Shown: positions 1 through 13,200 of the stretch, one piece after another
How the letters are laid out: every line of letters begins with the position of its first letter
How positions within the stretch are numbered: position 1 is the first letter of the stretch
Assembly: GCA_036172245.1 (NCBI GenBank)
Contig: JAYWIR010000039.1
Location: 124,001 to 188,000, forward strand
DNA: 64,000 nt
Origin: Raillietiella orientalis
Taxonomy: Eukaryota
Direction of reading: 5' to 3'
Position numbers and translations under genes: made by a program
The notes under the pieces: model-generated
The model's database searches: none
Seen by the model: the letters and a program-made list of their open reading frames with translations, nothing else
What the model was told of the DNA's origin: nothing

Positions 1-3000
1 CCGCCAATGAGCACGGAAAGCCGACCACCACACGGGGATCTCTTGGCACGAGGTGAGGGTGGCTTCACAGGCGTATCTTGCCCGGTTCTGCTTGCTCGGT
101 TCCTTCACACATTCTCGAAAAAATCTCCCCAATCCCGTGCGTCGACAAGGTCTGCGTGTGCTGAGCCGGTATCCCGGAAGCCGAAATGCTTCCAATGATT
201 TGTGGTAACAGCTGTTAACTTTAGTCGAGTCCGTGGCAGCAAGATTCTCCAGGAGCAATTAGCATTTGCGACGCCCGTCACCAAGGGATGAAAAAAGTAG
301 GACCGAGGGGGGAAGTGAACCGGTTGAGGAACACCAGTGACACGGTGACTGCTAAGCACCATCAACGCTCCGCGATTTTTCATCATAAATTTTTTTCTCG
401 TGGTGCCAACCCCCTACGGAGATCAAATGTGATTTCGTGGGATGTCGCCTCAGATTTTCACCTGATCAATGTTCCGGTTCTCCCGAAATCTTGAAAGAAT
501 TCAGGTCCACCCTCCCCTTCCTCCCTTTTCCTGTTTCTTCGATACGTTGGCGCCCCTCCCGGAGGAATCCTACGAAAACAAGAAAGCTGATCAAGTAGTA
601 AAAAGCGTCTCGAATCCGAAGAGATTCATTACTTCAGTGTGAATGCATCTCGAATCCGTCCAGGGGAGCGTAGAGCCGGGCGTCTCCAGGAATTATTCCG
701 GAGCTGCCACTGCCCACACTCCGGCCTTTCTGCGGGGACTTCCACCAGCTCCCGTTGCCGCGTCTTTTCAACGACAGTTGTAGCCGGTGCCTTTCCCCTA
801 ACTAGGTGGTGTGTTTTGAAGCTGCCCACGACGACAGCTACCGTTTCCAGGTTCAGCTGCCATCACGGAAGCGAGGATGTTGCTGAGTCTCCACGTGTCC
901 GTGGCTGGTTGATGCAAGTTTCGACACCTGTCGTTCCGCCGAGGTACAAAAGTGATGAAAGATGCTTTCCATGCTGAAAGATGCTTTCTTTTGCTGTTGT
1001 TGTTGTTTCGGTTCGCTGAGTACTCCCAGGACCCAAGTAGCAGGAAGTACAAGCGAGTTTCCTTTTTAGCCACGAGTGGTCAAAGGCAAAGGAATCTTTC
1101 GAACCCTGCTTTGCTTTCGCAAGTCGTGGCTGATCTGATCACTGCGCAACATTGCCTCACCTAATCCCACTTTCCTCAGGAGTCACGGTCACACGAACGG
1201 CCCCCCGTGCTTTCGAAAAACACGAAAGCGATCGATCTTGGAAGGAACACGGCCAATTTGCAATGATGCCACCCGCTGTAATGGTCGGCTGACGGGCGAA
1301 GCGTGCGTCATGCGGTTCTCTTCGGTCAACTTTGCAGAGAGATGTTTGCACAGGCCGCTCAAGACAGGGGGTGCAGAAGGGATGCTCTTTCCGCAGAAAG
1401 AGAAAAAGAAAAAAAAAAAAAAACAGACAACGCTGAAGGTGCAAATTTTCGGAAACGGCATCTGAACTTCGCTTAAGGACTCTCTCCGTCAACATGGAAT
1501 AATCCCATCTGCAAATGGATTCCTCAGTTTTCCGGAAGAGAAAGAATAAGATAATGACGATGACTATCTCTCTGTCATGCTGGAAAACAAAACACAAGCG
1601 GGCCCATCAGCCAAAGCAGTTATTTCGACACTCTCCACGCGAAGACGCGCGTCTCGCCGCGATTCGTCAACTGATTGCTGAGCCCTTCGGTTGCCAAGGA
1701 TCCGAGTGGAAGGAAGAAAGGAAGAATCTTCGGAAAGTTCGGGGAGGAGGAGGTTTCAGAAAGTAGTAGCAGCGTGCAGCAGGTATCTTCAGGAAAAAAA
1801 AATGGCAGAAGATATCGAGTCGTATTTCCCATGGCGAAAGCCAACATGGACGCTTGCAGTGTGTTCATGCATACTGTACGCACGTCATCCATTACATGAT
1901 GCATATTTCAGTGGAGCGCGCACACGCTATTCATCCGAGGAATTAACTGCATCTTCGAGCGAGTTCTTACAGGATTATGTCCTGCAAAAAAACGTGAACC
2001 CAGGAAGCCCGGAGCATGAAAACATCCGATCCCCATCATTCGGTAATTTCCCACATTCTGTCAACTTCCGCTCCATATTTCATTTTCCTTCCTCGTGCAT
2101 CGATCGAGAGAATTCCGGATGTCCCTGCACACCGAGAACGAACACACCGGGGTTTCCGCCGCCGTCCTTCCGCAGGACGAAGACGGGGAGATGGTGCACG
2201 CCGCAGCAACCACGGCAGCTATCCAGGTGAGCATTCGCTGAGATATCCGTAGGGTGAGCCGAGAGCCACGGGGGGGCTCTGAATGGGGCCACCTCGTGCC
2301 GACCGCGGCGGTGGACGTTGCGAATCGAAGGTTCTTCTTCGCTCAGTGCCGGTTGTGCGGCGGCTGCTGAGCCGCGCTCAAAGTGCATGACACGAGATGA
2401 CGCGGTTGCCGAGAGTGGCACACACAATGCAAGACAGCCGACCGCCTCCAGCCTTCACACAGACACACACACACACACACGGAACATTTGTTCGTTGGCC
2501 TCCTCCCCCTCCCCTCCCCCACTGGTGCACACACGCATTGTGACACAGGTTCAGAAAACAGATCGCAGTCTCAAAAGTGCTGAGAACAATTTGGCACTTT
2601 ATTTTATTTTATTCAATTATTTACTACTTCCCGAGACTTGAGCCACAAATAGCCACTTCCTCGCTATCGTCCCCGTGAGATGGGGAGTTACCGTTCTGGA
2701 GGAGCTCAAACCGTTGAATGCTTGCCATTTCACACGAATGTTTATTTGTGAATGGATAAAATAAGTGTATGTGTACACTTCTTCCCGTTTCGTCCGCGAT
2801 GAAACGACTGAGGGTGATGACGTGACGAAAAAGATGGCAGCAGCCCTCGTATAACGCGGTAGCGAATCGGCCTCATTACGACGCTTTGGGATCAATTTTG
2901 ATTTTGCGTTTCGCCGTTTTGAGAAGGATGCCAACATGTGATACGAGCAGGCTGTTTCTTCTGATTTATTCGAATTTTCGCAAACGAAATTGTGTGCAAG

Positions 3001-3861
3001 ACTTGATGCGTTTCCGAACAACGAAAACGAGAGAGCTGAAACTATGTAATGGTTTTTATGGAGGGGGATTGAACCTCTGGAAGCGGTTCTTCGCCTTTAG
3101 TTAGATGACAAATAAATAGTTTCGAATTTTTTTTTTTGTCTCAAAGAGAAATAAGAAATATTCTAAAGTTGTAATGCCTAAGATGCTTTTTGTTTTTTTG
3201 AATCTTTGGCCTGCTATCCACGTGTACTTCAAAGGAATCGCATAATGCGAAACGCATCTCCCGCGCCATAGGGGGTCCAACGCATTTCCGAACGTCTCTG
3301 CCGTTGGAAACGTTGTCGTGAAGTCACGTCAGCCGCCACCCCCCCCCCCCCCCGAGCCGCCGTCTTTCCACCAGTGGTTTCGAAGTGACCATTTCACGGA
3401 ACTAAAAACGCCCGCTTTCATTGCAATACTTGGGTCAAATGCCGCAACCTGCTCTCCGTGTCGCCGGAAGTAGCGACTGCTTCTGCATTCATCACCGTCG
3501 AACCACCGCTTCTCCAGGGCACGCGGTTTTCAAAACCACCGTTTCCCAACGGGACTGAAAATTCGCTTTCCGGACCCGGTGGTGCTTTGATGACCAATTT
3601 CCAGTTTGCTTTCGAAATCGACACCTCCGGGGCGGAGCGGCGATTTTTCATTTCTGGATCCCCGCCACTGGACGCGCTCAGGACAAGCAGAAACGTCACG
3701 TTCAGAAGCACACGGCGGCAGATGGGAATCCTCGGAAGCTGCGAACCTCGGTCTGCAGAGGAGTTCTTGGGGTCCTTTGGATCTTCCAAGCTGCCATACC
3801 CGACCGTTTGCGAAAGACCGTTCGTTACTCCTTGGGCGCGAACGCTCAAGTTAGAGCACTC

Positions 3862-3871
3862 GTGACGTCAC
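3862..3871. promoter_or_regulatory. Full palindromic CRE (GTGACGTCAC)
   Basis: Exact CREB/ATF consensus match; function inferred. Confidence 0.45.
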
Positions 3872-5114
3872 TGCACTCAACCGGACCTCTTCTTGTAAAC
3901 GCCTGCTATTCCCAGAGCGTGCACCCATTACTTCCAATTATGCCTGCTGACCTAAAGTGCTCTGAGGTATCCCACTTGCAGAACGAAACGGATCAAAAAA
4001 CTGGACCGGGAGAAAAAGAAGAAACAAGGTTTCCCGGCGACAAAGTGCCTGAAAGACGAAAGATGAAGGCACAAAGAATCCGCGCAACTTTCTTCAACTT
4101 TCTTCACGGCTGCTTGCCAAACCAACGCTTTTCCTGCCTTTCTTCTTGTTCAACATCCAGCTGTTGACTTTCGGAGAACACTGCGCTGCTAATCTCCAAA
4201 CACGAAACACAAATTCCATTTCGGGGCCGGTCCATCCCAACCACCGTTCGAATGCTTCATCCCGCGTGTTTTTAAAAAAAAGTTTCGAGTGGCTTTTTCT
4301 TTCTTTTTTGATCAAAGAGACGTTCCTAAACACTTTGGGCATCCACTTAACCCACCCCATACGCGTACGACGTCTCGCTGCGACGCGGATGGTGGTACTT
4401 GAATTCGCGCCTAATTTAACACACGCAAAGATGGAGTCTTTCCATTCCAGTGTACGTAATACAAAGCAAACACCTGTGGGTGTGTGGGCACGATCGCATC
4501 GTGTAAACGAGGAGACAGAGCAATGGATCAACCAGTCGACTGAGCGACAGCCATGGAGAAAAGGAAAACCGGGATGAGCATTACAAAATACTCTTTATGG
4601 TTGCAAACCGCAACTGCAGTTCATCCTTGTCACGGGGGTTGGATGCGCCTGATCTTTCATGCATGCGCTCAGACTCCTCATTCTCCACCACGACCGCTGC
4701 TTCCCTTCCCCCCCCCCGCCCCGGTGCAGCGCCGTAGAACCTCGCCTGGTGCTGCTGCTGACGAGCTTTCGTTTTCTGCATGTTCACAAGTCGAGTTCGT
4801 TGGTCCCAATTAAGTAGTCGCTGCACGACAGACCCCGTGTTTCAGGAAATCAGCGTTGCCGTTGTTTTCTGCATGTGTGTGTGTGTGTGTTTTCTCTTCG
4901 GGAATAGCACGAACCGTGAACATTCCGTTTTCCGAAACTGCCGCCACAGCCGATCGAGAAGAGCACGTCAGGACCTCTTCGGCCCTGCAACCGCCCCGGA
5001 ACTGACGTTTTTTCTCGCTTTTTCGTCCCTCTGCCACAACGGATACCTTCACGGGTTTATGAACTGCATGGGCACGGATCCCTCTTCCGCCACTTCTCAT
5101 AAAAAATGGGAAAG

Positions 5115-5124
5115 GTGACGTCAC
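5115..5124. promoter_or_regulatory. Full palindromic CRE (GTGACGTCAC)
   Basis: Second exact copy, 1.25 kb from the first; function inferred. Confidence 0.45.
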
Positions 5125-6891
5125 GAACCCAAAGACAGGCACGAACACAAGTGGACAGCGGCGAACGACACAGTTTCCACCATCTTTCCGTTTATTCGTT
5201 CGTTACACGAAGCGAAACACTATGTAAGTGAATGCTCATCACGCTCAAGTGTACATTGCCTGGCTGTGCCTCAGAGCTCTCACCTTCGACGTCCACGTGG
5301 GTGCAGCGTGCTGTGCTTTCAATCACGCGTGGAGTCTCGAAGCTTGAATCCAGCGTGCAACCCTCCTCCCACCAAACATCATTACTTTTGGTCATTACCA
5401 GCTCAGATTCCATTATTTCCTCAGCTGCTGTGGAGCTTGGATGGTGCTCGTCCGCGCACATAAAGGATCGAGCATCGGTAAAGCTTCCGCAAGAGGAGAA
5501 ACGCGTGCTGCGGAGCACGACTTGTGCCGGTGAGGAAAACCGCAGAGACGCATCACCCAGTCGGAAAGGGGCTCGAGGACGGGGGCCTTCGGCCCGATAT
5601 GACGCGTCTTTTGCTACGGTTCGTTCAGAGTGGAACACCTGCTGGGAAATGAGCTACAGAAGCGGCCTGGAGAGAACGGAAGGGAACAGCTGATCCGATG
5701 TATATACCACGGAGGAACATTCGACCTACGCAGAAGGCGGGCGAGCTACCGTACGGTCCACTGCGAGTGGTGAAACCTGAGCCCCCAGTTCGAATCAATG
5801 GACGCACCTCATTGGCCGCTGATCGAAACTAATAACACTACGTCAATGATCCTAATCACGAATTCCTCTGGAACAGATGGGGGGGGGGGAAAAAAAAAAA
5901 AAAGATGAAAAATAAAAGGGGGAGGGGGGAAGGCAGGAGGGGAGGAAGCGAATTTGAAACGCGTCTTCTGATGGCCGGGACTCCCTGGAACTGCTGACGA
6001 TGCTTCCTCGTGCCTCCTTACATGTCCGACGACGACTGGAACATGCATTTCGTTTTCCCGGCTCGCTGAGCGTTCCTTGAAAGGCACGTTGTCATTCCAG
6101 AAGCGCGCCGACTACGACGCATACCGAGTGGGCCCGGCGGTAGGCTGCACGATACGTGCAAGTGGCACACGCTGACGGCACGAACGTGCTCGAGAAACGG
6201 GCGCTTCGCGCACACGGCTTCGCTGCCTACTTTTTCCTTTTCAAACAAAAGTGCGGTTCGTTTTCGTCGCAGCTTCGTACACTTCTCACTTGCATGTACA
6301 AGCTGTCGTTCGAGACTCGGGAGGGAGAGGGAGAGCGCGTGTTGTCAAGCTGAACGGCAAATCCAACCATGGAACGCGCGTCTCAGCATCCGGCGGCGGG
6401 ATTTCCCAAAAGTGCGAAAATTTCCTACGGAAAAAAAAAATAGAAAAAAAAGGAAGGAAGGGATGCGTGGAAGTGGTGGGAGCTGAGAGCATTCGCGTGC
6501 AAGAAGACGGCGCTGCTCAGCCATCCAGCGGCCAGCGAAGCGGAGATGCTCGCACCGACGAGTTTCGGACCGCACCACCGTGTTTGCTAGAGGCACACCG
6601 AAACAGGCTTTGGGGTCAGCCGTCAAGATGCAGCGGGCAGCAACGAGAAATCTCTTGATGAGAGCAGCGCGTGCTGGATGCAATGCCTGAACCCGCAAGC
6701 GGCCCAGCAGGACCCACGTCCAGGGTCGGAAAACCCTGCGTGCTGCTGCTCGCTTAACATTGCGCAACTCTCGCACCTCGTCGTGGTGCATCTCAGACAT
6801 ATAAGGAGTGCGTGAACTATGCGTTTTTTCTTTATGCATTCCATGGGAATCCACGCGCAGTGATAAAACATTTTAATACAAATAATTGCTA

Positions 6892-6897
6892 TTTATT
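6892..6897 (-). terminator. Putative Mpdz polyadenylation signal AATAAA
   Basis: tttatt on the + strand, ~355 nt past the stop, at the end of an AT-rich 3'UTR. Confidence 0.55.
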
Positions 6898-7250
6898 AAA
6901 AACTTACAAAATTCTTGCCATGATAGAAAATGGGTGCAAAATTTTTCTGCAATCGGTAGGTCACTTGTTAGAATACCAAGAAAACGTAATATTTGGGCCA
7001 TAGCATGGGGGAATGCAACTCACGGGGATAAATCTTCATCAAAGGAGCATTCCATAGATCCAGATTTAATGATATGTAACAAAGTATTCATCGGAAAAAT
7101 TAAAAAAATAAAAATAAAGGTGATTTGGCTGATCACAAGTTATCGCTTCTCGTCCTGGAACTGGCAACCATGGCGACCAATCGTGCACTCATTAAATGAC
7201 GTCTCCAGTTGACCAAAATCTCAGCATTTCCGAGAGCTCGTTCCGGCGAT

Positions 7251-7527
7251 TCAATACGTCAAAACAGTCAGAGTAACAGTTGACTTTGTACTCTTAATTA
7301 TCTGCACAGCCTCTTCGTGCGTCACTCCTTCCAGGCTCTTTCCGTCAACGGCAATGATCTGATCTCCCCGATGCAATCCGCCGTGACAAGCAGCGCTGTT
7401 TTCCATGACCGTTTTGACGTATATGGGTAAGTTACCTTGCGGACTCCCATGGCCTCCTACAATAGTAAAACCTAATCCATGAGGTCCTCTTTGCAAGTTT
7501 ACTATGCGATATGTTGGTTCTAGAGTG
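7251..7527 (-). CDS. Mpdz: Mpdz terminal exon, last PDZ (PDZ13-like; [28 protein letters not shown]...TVTLTVLTY*)
   Basis: ttccag acceptor, TGA stop at 7251-7253. Confidence 0.94.
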
Positions 7528-10224
7528 CTGGAACGAAAGAAGACTCCTCAGTTCAGAGATCGGTGCGCGGAAAAAAAAGAGGCGAGGTGGAGGAGGGAAG
7601 GGAAGCAGGAAGGAGGAGAAGTACAAGGGGGAAGCCGAAAATTCCGGTCAGAGCATGTTAGGTACGGACGCAAGGCAAACATACGCAGGGGTTTCTACAG
7701 GATCTTCAAACAAACAATCAACAGGGAAAAGAGTCATGCTAAGATTGCAACTTGGCTTACACATTTATTTTTCCACGATTATTTCCTGCTGACGATGGAA
7801 AACACAAACAGCATTTAAGAACAAAAAAAAAAAAACACGCCGGTCGCGAGTAACGTGGCACTCACCTGTCCATCGTCAGAACCGAAGAAGAAATTCTCCT
7901 GGGGCTGCTGCGCGTGCGGAGCCTTCCGATCTTCAGCGTGATTTCCCCCAACGCCGTTTTCAGAATGGTGGCCGCTTGCTCCTGGGTGGCGTGGCGGAGG
8001 TCGTGGTTGTTGACGGCAAGGATGTGATCGCCTTCCATCAGACGTCCGTCGACGTCCGCAACGGACTCTTTCACCTGGGAGTGAAGCGGCCGTGAGGCGC
8101 GCGGACGTTCCCTCTTCCCGCTGAGCTCCGGCACTCACAACTTCCGAGACGAACACTCCGGGACCGTTCTTCCTGCCGACGATGCTCAGCCCCAGACTTT
8201 TCCCCGATTTCTTGTAGAGCTGGATCTCGAAGATGTCGTAGATGTCCTCGTCTTTCGAAATGCCCTCCTCGCGGTACACAAGCATCTTCACCTGGATTCG
8301 CTTACTCGGGGGCGTGAAGCGGGCCGGCTCGATGCTCACCTTCGCTGGAGTCTGCCTGAGAACAGCTAGGGCTTTGGCGTGGGTCGCGTCTCGGAAGTTC
8401 TCGCCGTTGCACTCCAAAATCTGATCGCCTGGTTTCAGCCTGCCGTCCTTCGCAGCGGCGCCATCTGGATACACCTCATGGATGATGACGGTTCCCTGAA
8501 GAAGCACACACACACACAAAAGATACGTGCATGCAACCGCGTGAAGATGAGAGCTGACTAACCAACAAAGTATCACTACCCCCAACAATGCTCAATCCAA
8601 GGCCCATCTTTTCTTTGACAATTTCGATGGTGACCTCTGAACCGGGAACAATCGGGCAATTCGCTGCATTGGAAGGCAGTTCTGCGGATGGCCGCGCCAC
8701 GGAGGGCTGGCAGGTAAGGGCAGGCAAATACTGCGAGCCTGATGAAGCAGAAGAGGAAGACTGCGTCAGCTGCGGTTTAGGGGGAACTTCTGCAAGAACA
8801 GAAATGCTTGCTGTCGTCAACTGCCACCGAATCCTTTCTGCCGATCCCAACAATTCTTGCAGCGACTTGTCGGATGTCGGTTTTCGGTTATTCTTGCAAC
8901 CCCCACCAAAAATCCGGTGCATTTACCCGGTTTCGGGAGCGCCATCCTTTCGTTCAGCCGCTGAATATCGGATGGAAGCAGTATGGACTTTTCGCTATTC
9001 TTCAGAGGGTTCGCGACCACCAGCCGGACAGTGCCTTCGGCCCTCTTCAGGATCGATGCGGCCTGTTCGTTGGAAGGTTAGCATTTTCACAAAGTTTCAT
9101 CGAAAGTGCGTACAGTCACACAAACGTACACCAACAGAAATCAAGGCAGCAAGGGGAAATCTAAGGTCATTTCAAGTGGCAGACTGAATGGGAAAAAGTC
9201 GCCATGTTTCTAGCTTCAAAGAAGTCGGGCAATGCTCCAGTTTGTGTGGAAAGTCCGAACTTCCCAAACAAACTGAAATCGAACTGCCACCATAAACAAC
9301 ACACACAGAGTGAGTAGTATGAATATAAAGTGAATGCAGTAGGTTCACTGATGCAATATTATGAAAATACAACCGTCTCGTAATCCACACCAATTAACTC
9401 TTCTGAGTTGACGGCTAATATCATTTCTCCAACTTTCAAGCCGATCTGAAAGTAAACATTTTTGGGAATTTTTTTTTTTTTTTTCCTTTTTCCAAAGCAC
9501 GAAATTCGTGCATGGCATTCACTCCAGCACAAAGGCATTCAGTACCCCAAAACAAGCAGCCGTGTATGGCATAAGGAAAGCAAACTCCATGCAGTTGAAC
9601 TTGGAAGGATGGTGAAACCTACTTGTTCGGCAAGGCTTCCTTTCTGTATGTCGGAGATGAAAATGCCTTGGCCCACCTCGACGTGTTTTCCTTCTATAAT
9701 CATGATCCCCAATCCCTGCACTCCCTGAAAATCAGGAGAGCAATCAGGATTACGTTGTTCGATGCTGCCAATGTGCGCAAAGAAAATCATTATCCATCAA
9801 CCCCCCCTCCCCCAAAAGATGTTCCAAACAAGGCTGGTACTCTTCCGACTGCAGTGGGCAACCCCAGCCTGCGGGAAGAACGGGAGCGAGTTCTTAGCCA
9901 AGTGCACGCGCACAATGGGAGCTTTCCACGAACACTTCTGACGGAGGCTGCAATCACTCCCTCACCTTCACTGTACAGACAAAAGGCAAACAAACAAGAA
10001 CGTGGTCTGTTTACTTTTGCACCACTTGATTCGAATTCAAGGCTGCAGGGAACGTCTTGCATTCAGCACCGCACACAGCACAAGCATTCCGCTTCGTTGG
10101 CTGCTTATTAATTAATCAAAGACTGCTCCTTGACAACAGACATTTAATATAATAATTGTGACGGCATTTTGAAGGGGTAGAATGGAATACTCAAACCAAA
10201 CGATAAAATGAAAATCGTTCTGAA

Positions 10225-10257
<33 letters not shown>

Positions 10258-10258
10258 C

Positions 10259-10293
<35 letters not shown>

Positions 10294-13200
10294 TATTTGA
10301 AGGGGACGAGAGAAACGATTTTTCAATCTCAAAAGTATTTCTGCATTGGCTGAACTGAAATTTTTCGAAATTTGCATAAAAATCAAGAAATAGTTTAATG
10401 AGGGCATTTTGTTTACAACAAGGAAGATGGATCCTTGAGGGATTTTGTGAACCAATTAATTTACCTAACACGGCAGAAATACTTACATTAAATTTAGCAC
10501 TTAATTATGTCTTGGCTGTTAGTAATGATTTCCCAACAGTTTAAGCAACGAGACGTACGTGAATTTTAGAGTGTGCAGAAGGGTAAATGTTAATTTTGCT
10601 TATCGAGGGAAACCTGAATGGGTAATTGCCAGGAATTCTGCTGATTAAGTGCCAGAGGTTGTGGTTAAATGTGAGAGCTAAATTAATGACCACATCTCCT
10701 GATCAGATGGGAATGGTAGGTTTAACGAGTAGGCATTATATAGTTACTGTTTGTAGAGTGGGATTGGTTACTTTAGTATAAATAATGAATAACAGGGGAA
10801 TGAGAAAGGGGACTTATATGATTTGGCGGTAGTGAGAAATAGTGGGGGAGCTTGCCCAGTAGTTCATAATCCACAACGGACTTACCTTTTCAGTGTTTGT
10901 ACATCGTTTTTTTGATTATTCAGGAGTGATTAATTTTCCCAATAAAGAGAGGTTAAGAGTTCTAATCAAGATGCAGCACGGGAAGGGACATGAATGAAAT
11001 ACGGAACGTTAGATTATGAATGTAATTCTGTATTGGACTCGGATTTAATTGCGAATTTGTTTGAAGAGGACAGATGCATTGAATAAAGAAGCCATTGAGT
11101 ACAAATCACGTGTTGCTTTGGTGTAAGACTACACACACGTCACAATACAGTAAGATGTACAGGAAGGTACACCAAATGAAGGCAAGGGGGTGAGGTTTGT
11201 TGAGGCAGGGGATTGCCTTGAGACAGATAATTATGGGTTGTCCTGTTGTGCGCTGAAATGTGGTTATTAGTGGTGGACTGATTGGACAGTGATAAGCAAT
11301 GGTATTGATAAAGAGGTTGGCAAGTAGAATGCTAAGCGACTCTGCTTTTGTATCAGAGAAGAATCAGCTGAAAAAAACAGATTTTTCTGCTCGGATATTA
11401 GTGAGCTCAGTAGAATTGATGCAACATGTTGGAATGTACAGTTAAGTTTCATTTGGTAATGATATACTGGCAAAACTAATGTTTGCAGTCTGTGATCAAG
11501 AAAGACACGAGGATGAACTTGCTTTTTTTTTTTTTTTTGCTTGGGGAGTGTATGGTGGTGAAAGGATTCATGAGCTTAGAGGTTTACAGGGTTTGATGCT
11601 GAGTTAGGGTTGCTTTTCAAAGTATTGCGTATGATGACTGTAATTGATAATGAATCATATGAAACAGAATTTTAATTCACCAGGCGAGTGAGGGAAGGTA
11701 CGGATATGATGAGCGATTTGGCAAACATTTGCTTGAAAATATTTCTTAAAGGCATTTGCCTATGAGTGACAGGTCAGGTCAGGTCAGCGAGGTCAGGTCT
11801 TCTCGGTGTATTCATAAAGGGCTGCTGCGGTGCTTCGACTGCGCTAGGGCAGCATGCTAGTCAGTTATTTAATTGGTAGCGTGGATGAAAGAAAGATCGC
11901 ATCAAATAAGACGGCCTTATTTTGTGCTTTTGAATTTAATTTCATCGTGAAAAATTCATGATGAGTTCAGGAGGCGAGAAGGCCCTTTGTAACTAGTTTA
12001 GGTATCTTTTGACGGTTAGGGAGTGGAGGTAAGATGAGATTTTAGCAAGATGTTATCTGGGGCGGATGATGAAGAACGGACCTTCGTGGGTAAGAGATTA
12101 ATCGGAAAATAGTGATGACATCGAAATAAACAAAAAGCGCCCCGGGAGATAACAGCGCAATTCCCCCGAAGAGATGCAACTGACGTGACAGTTTGCGACC
12201 TCGACGTTGCGTTGGGTATCCAGAAGGTGCAGAAGATTCATGGTAGCAGCCCGTTCGACTAAAAATCCTACACGATTTGAATTCAGATCGGCGCAAGCCA
12301 GTTTTTTCTTCTTTTTTTTTTGTCTCGAAACGATAAACCTACCTTTTGGCACGAAAAAATCGGAAAGTTGAAAAAAACTTAGTTTGGGGAAAATTGTAAA
12401 ATGTGTCAATGGTGACACCGGGAGTTTCTGAGGTGTTGCTGCTGTTGCCGCGTGTGACTTTGATTGAGCGTTTTAAGGGCCGAATATGGTGAGGATGAAA
12501 GTGCTGCAGTATGTAGGAGGAGATGGGTTAAACACGGTTGGGTAAGGGTTATTATGGATTGATAAGTAGCAATAGGGTGTGTCATAAAGTGGGTACTATG
12601 ATTATGCTGGGTGTAATGGTAGGTATGCAGGTAGTTCACCCTAGAGGTTGAGGGGTAAAGAGAGGGGTGATAGGGTCACTATTGTTTGCATGCTATTTGA
12701 GGGCAGGTTGTATGGACGGGGAGGTGAATGGGCGAGGAACAGCAGGTATAGATGCATTGGGGTAATTACGTATGATTCCTGTATTGATGGGAGCGGTGTT
12801 ACACGTAGGTGGGTACACAATGGGAGTCGGAGGGATGGTTAAAAAGATACGGAACGATAAATGTTTCGTAGGTTAAAGAGAGTTGCCATGTGGATTACTG
12901 TGTGCTTGGCGTTGGTGCATCTCTTGCCCTGAGATTGTTCGGAGGGCGACTCCGAACTGGTTTCAGGACAGAATGTAGAATGCATGGATGCAAGATGTTT
13001 GCTGTTTCGCTTTCGTCGGAGTATGGATTTGTTGGAGATTGATGACAAGATGGTCATTAATGGGGAATGAAGAGTTCACCGGTAATGTATGTGCTGTGTG
13101 ATGGCGAAGGATGGTGTCTCGATATCGGTATGCTGAGTTGATGTACACGTGCTGGGGAATTTTGCTGCATTGCAGATTCCATTTGTTGCAGGGAAGTAGA

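Noticed and set aside
3418..5693. Overlapping 110-150 aa ORFs on both strands
   Set aside because: No recognisable domain and no consistent splice chain; expected by chance in GC-rich sequence
6345..6854. 169-aa minus-strand ORF containing CFGVPL, similar to a RhoGAP motif
   Set aside because: No other RhoGAP features; it runs into poly-T low-complexity sequence and is likely a chance ORF in GC-rich DNA
8588..9187. 199-aa plus-strand ORF
   Set aside because: Antisense shadow of Mpdz exons
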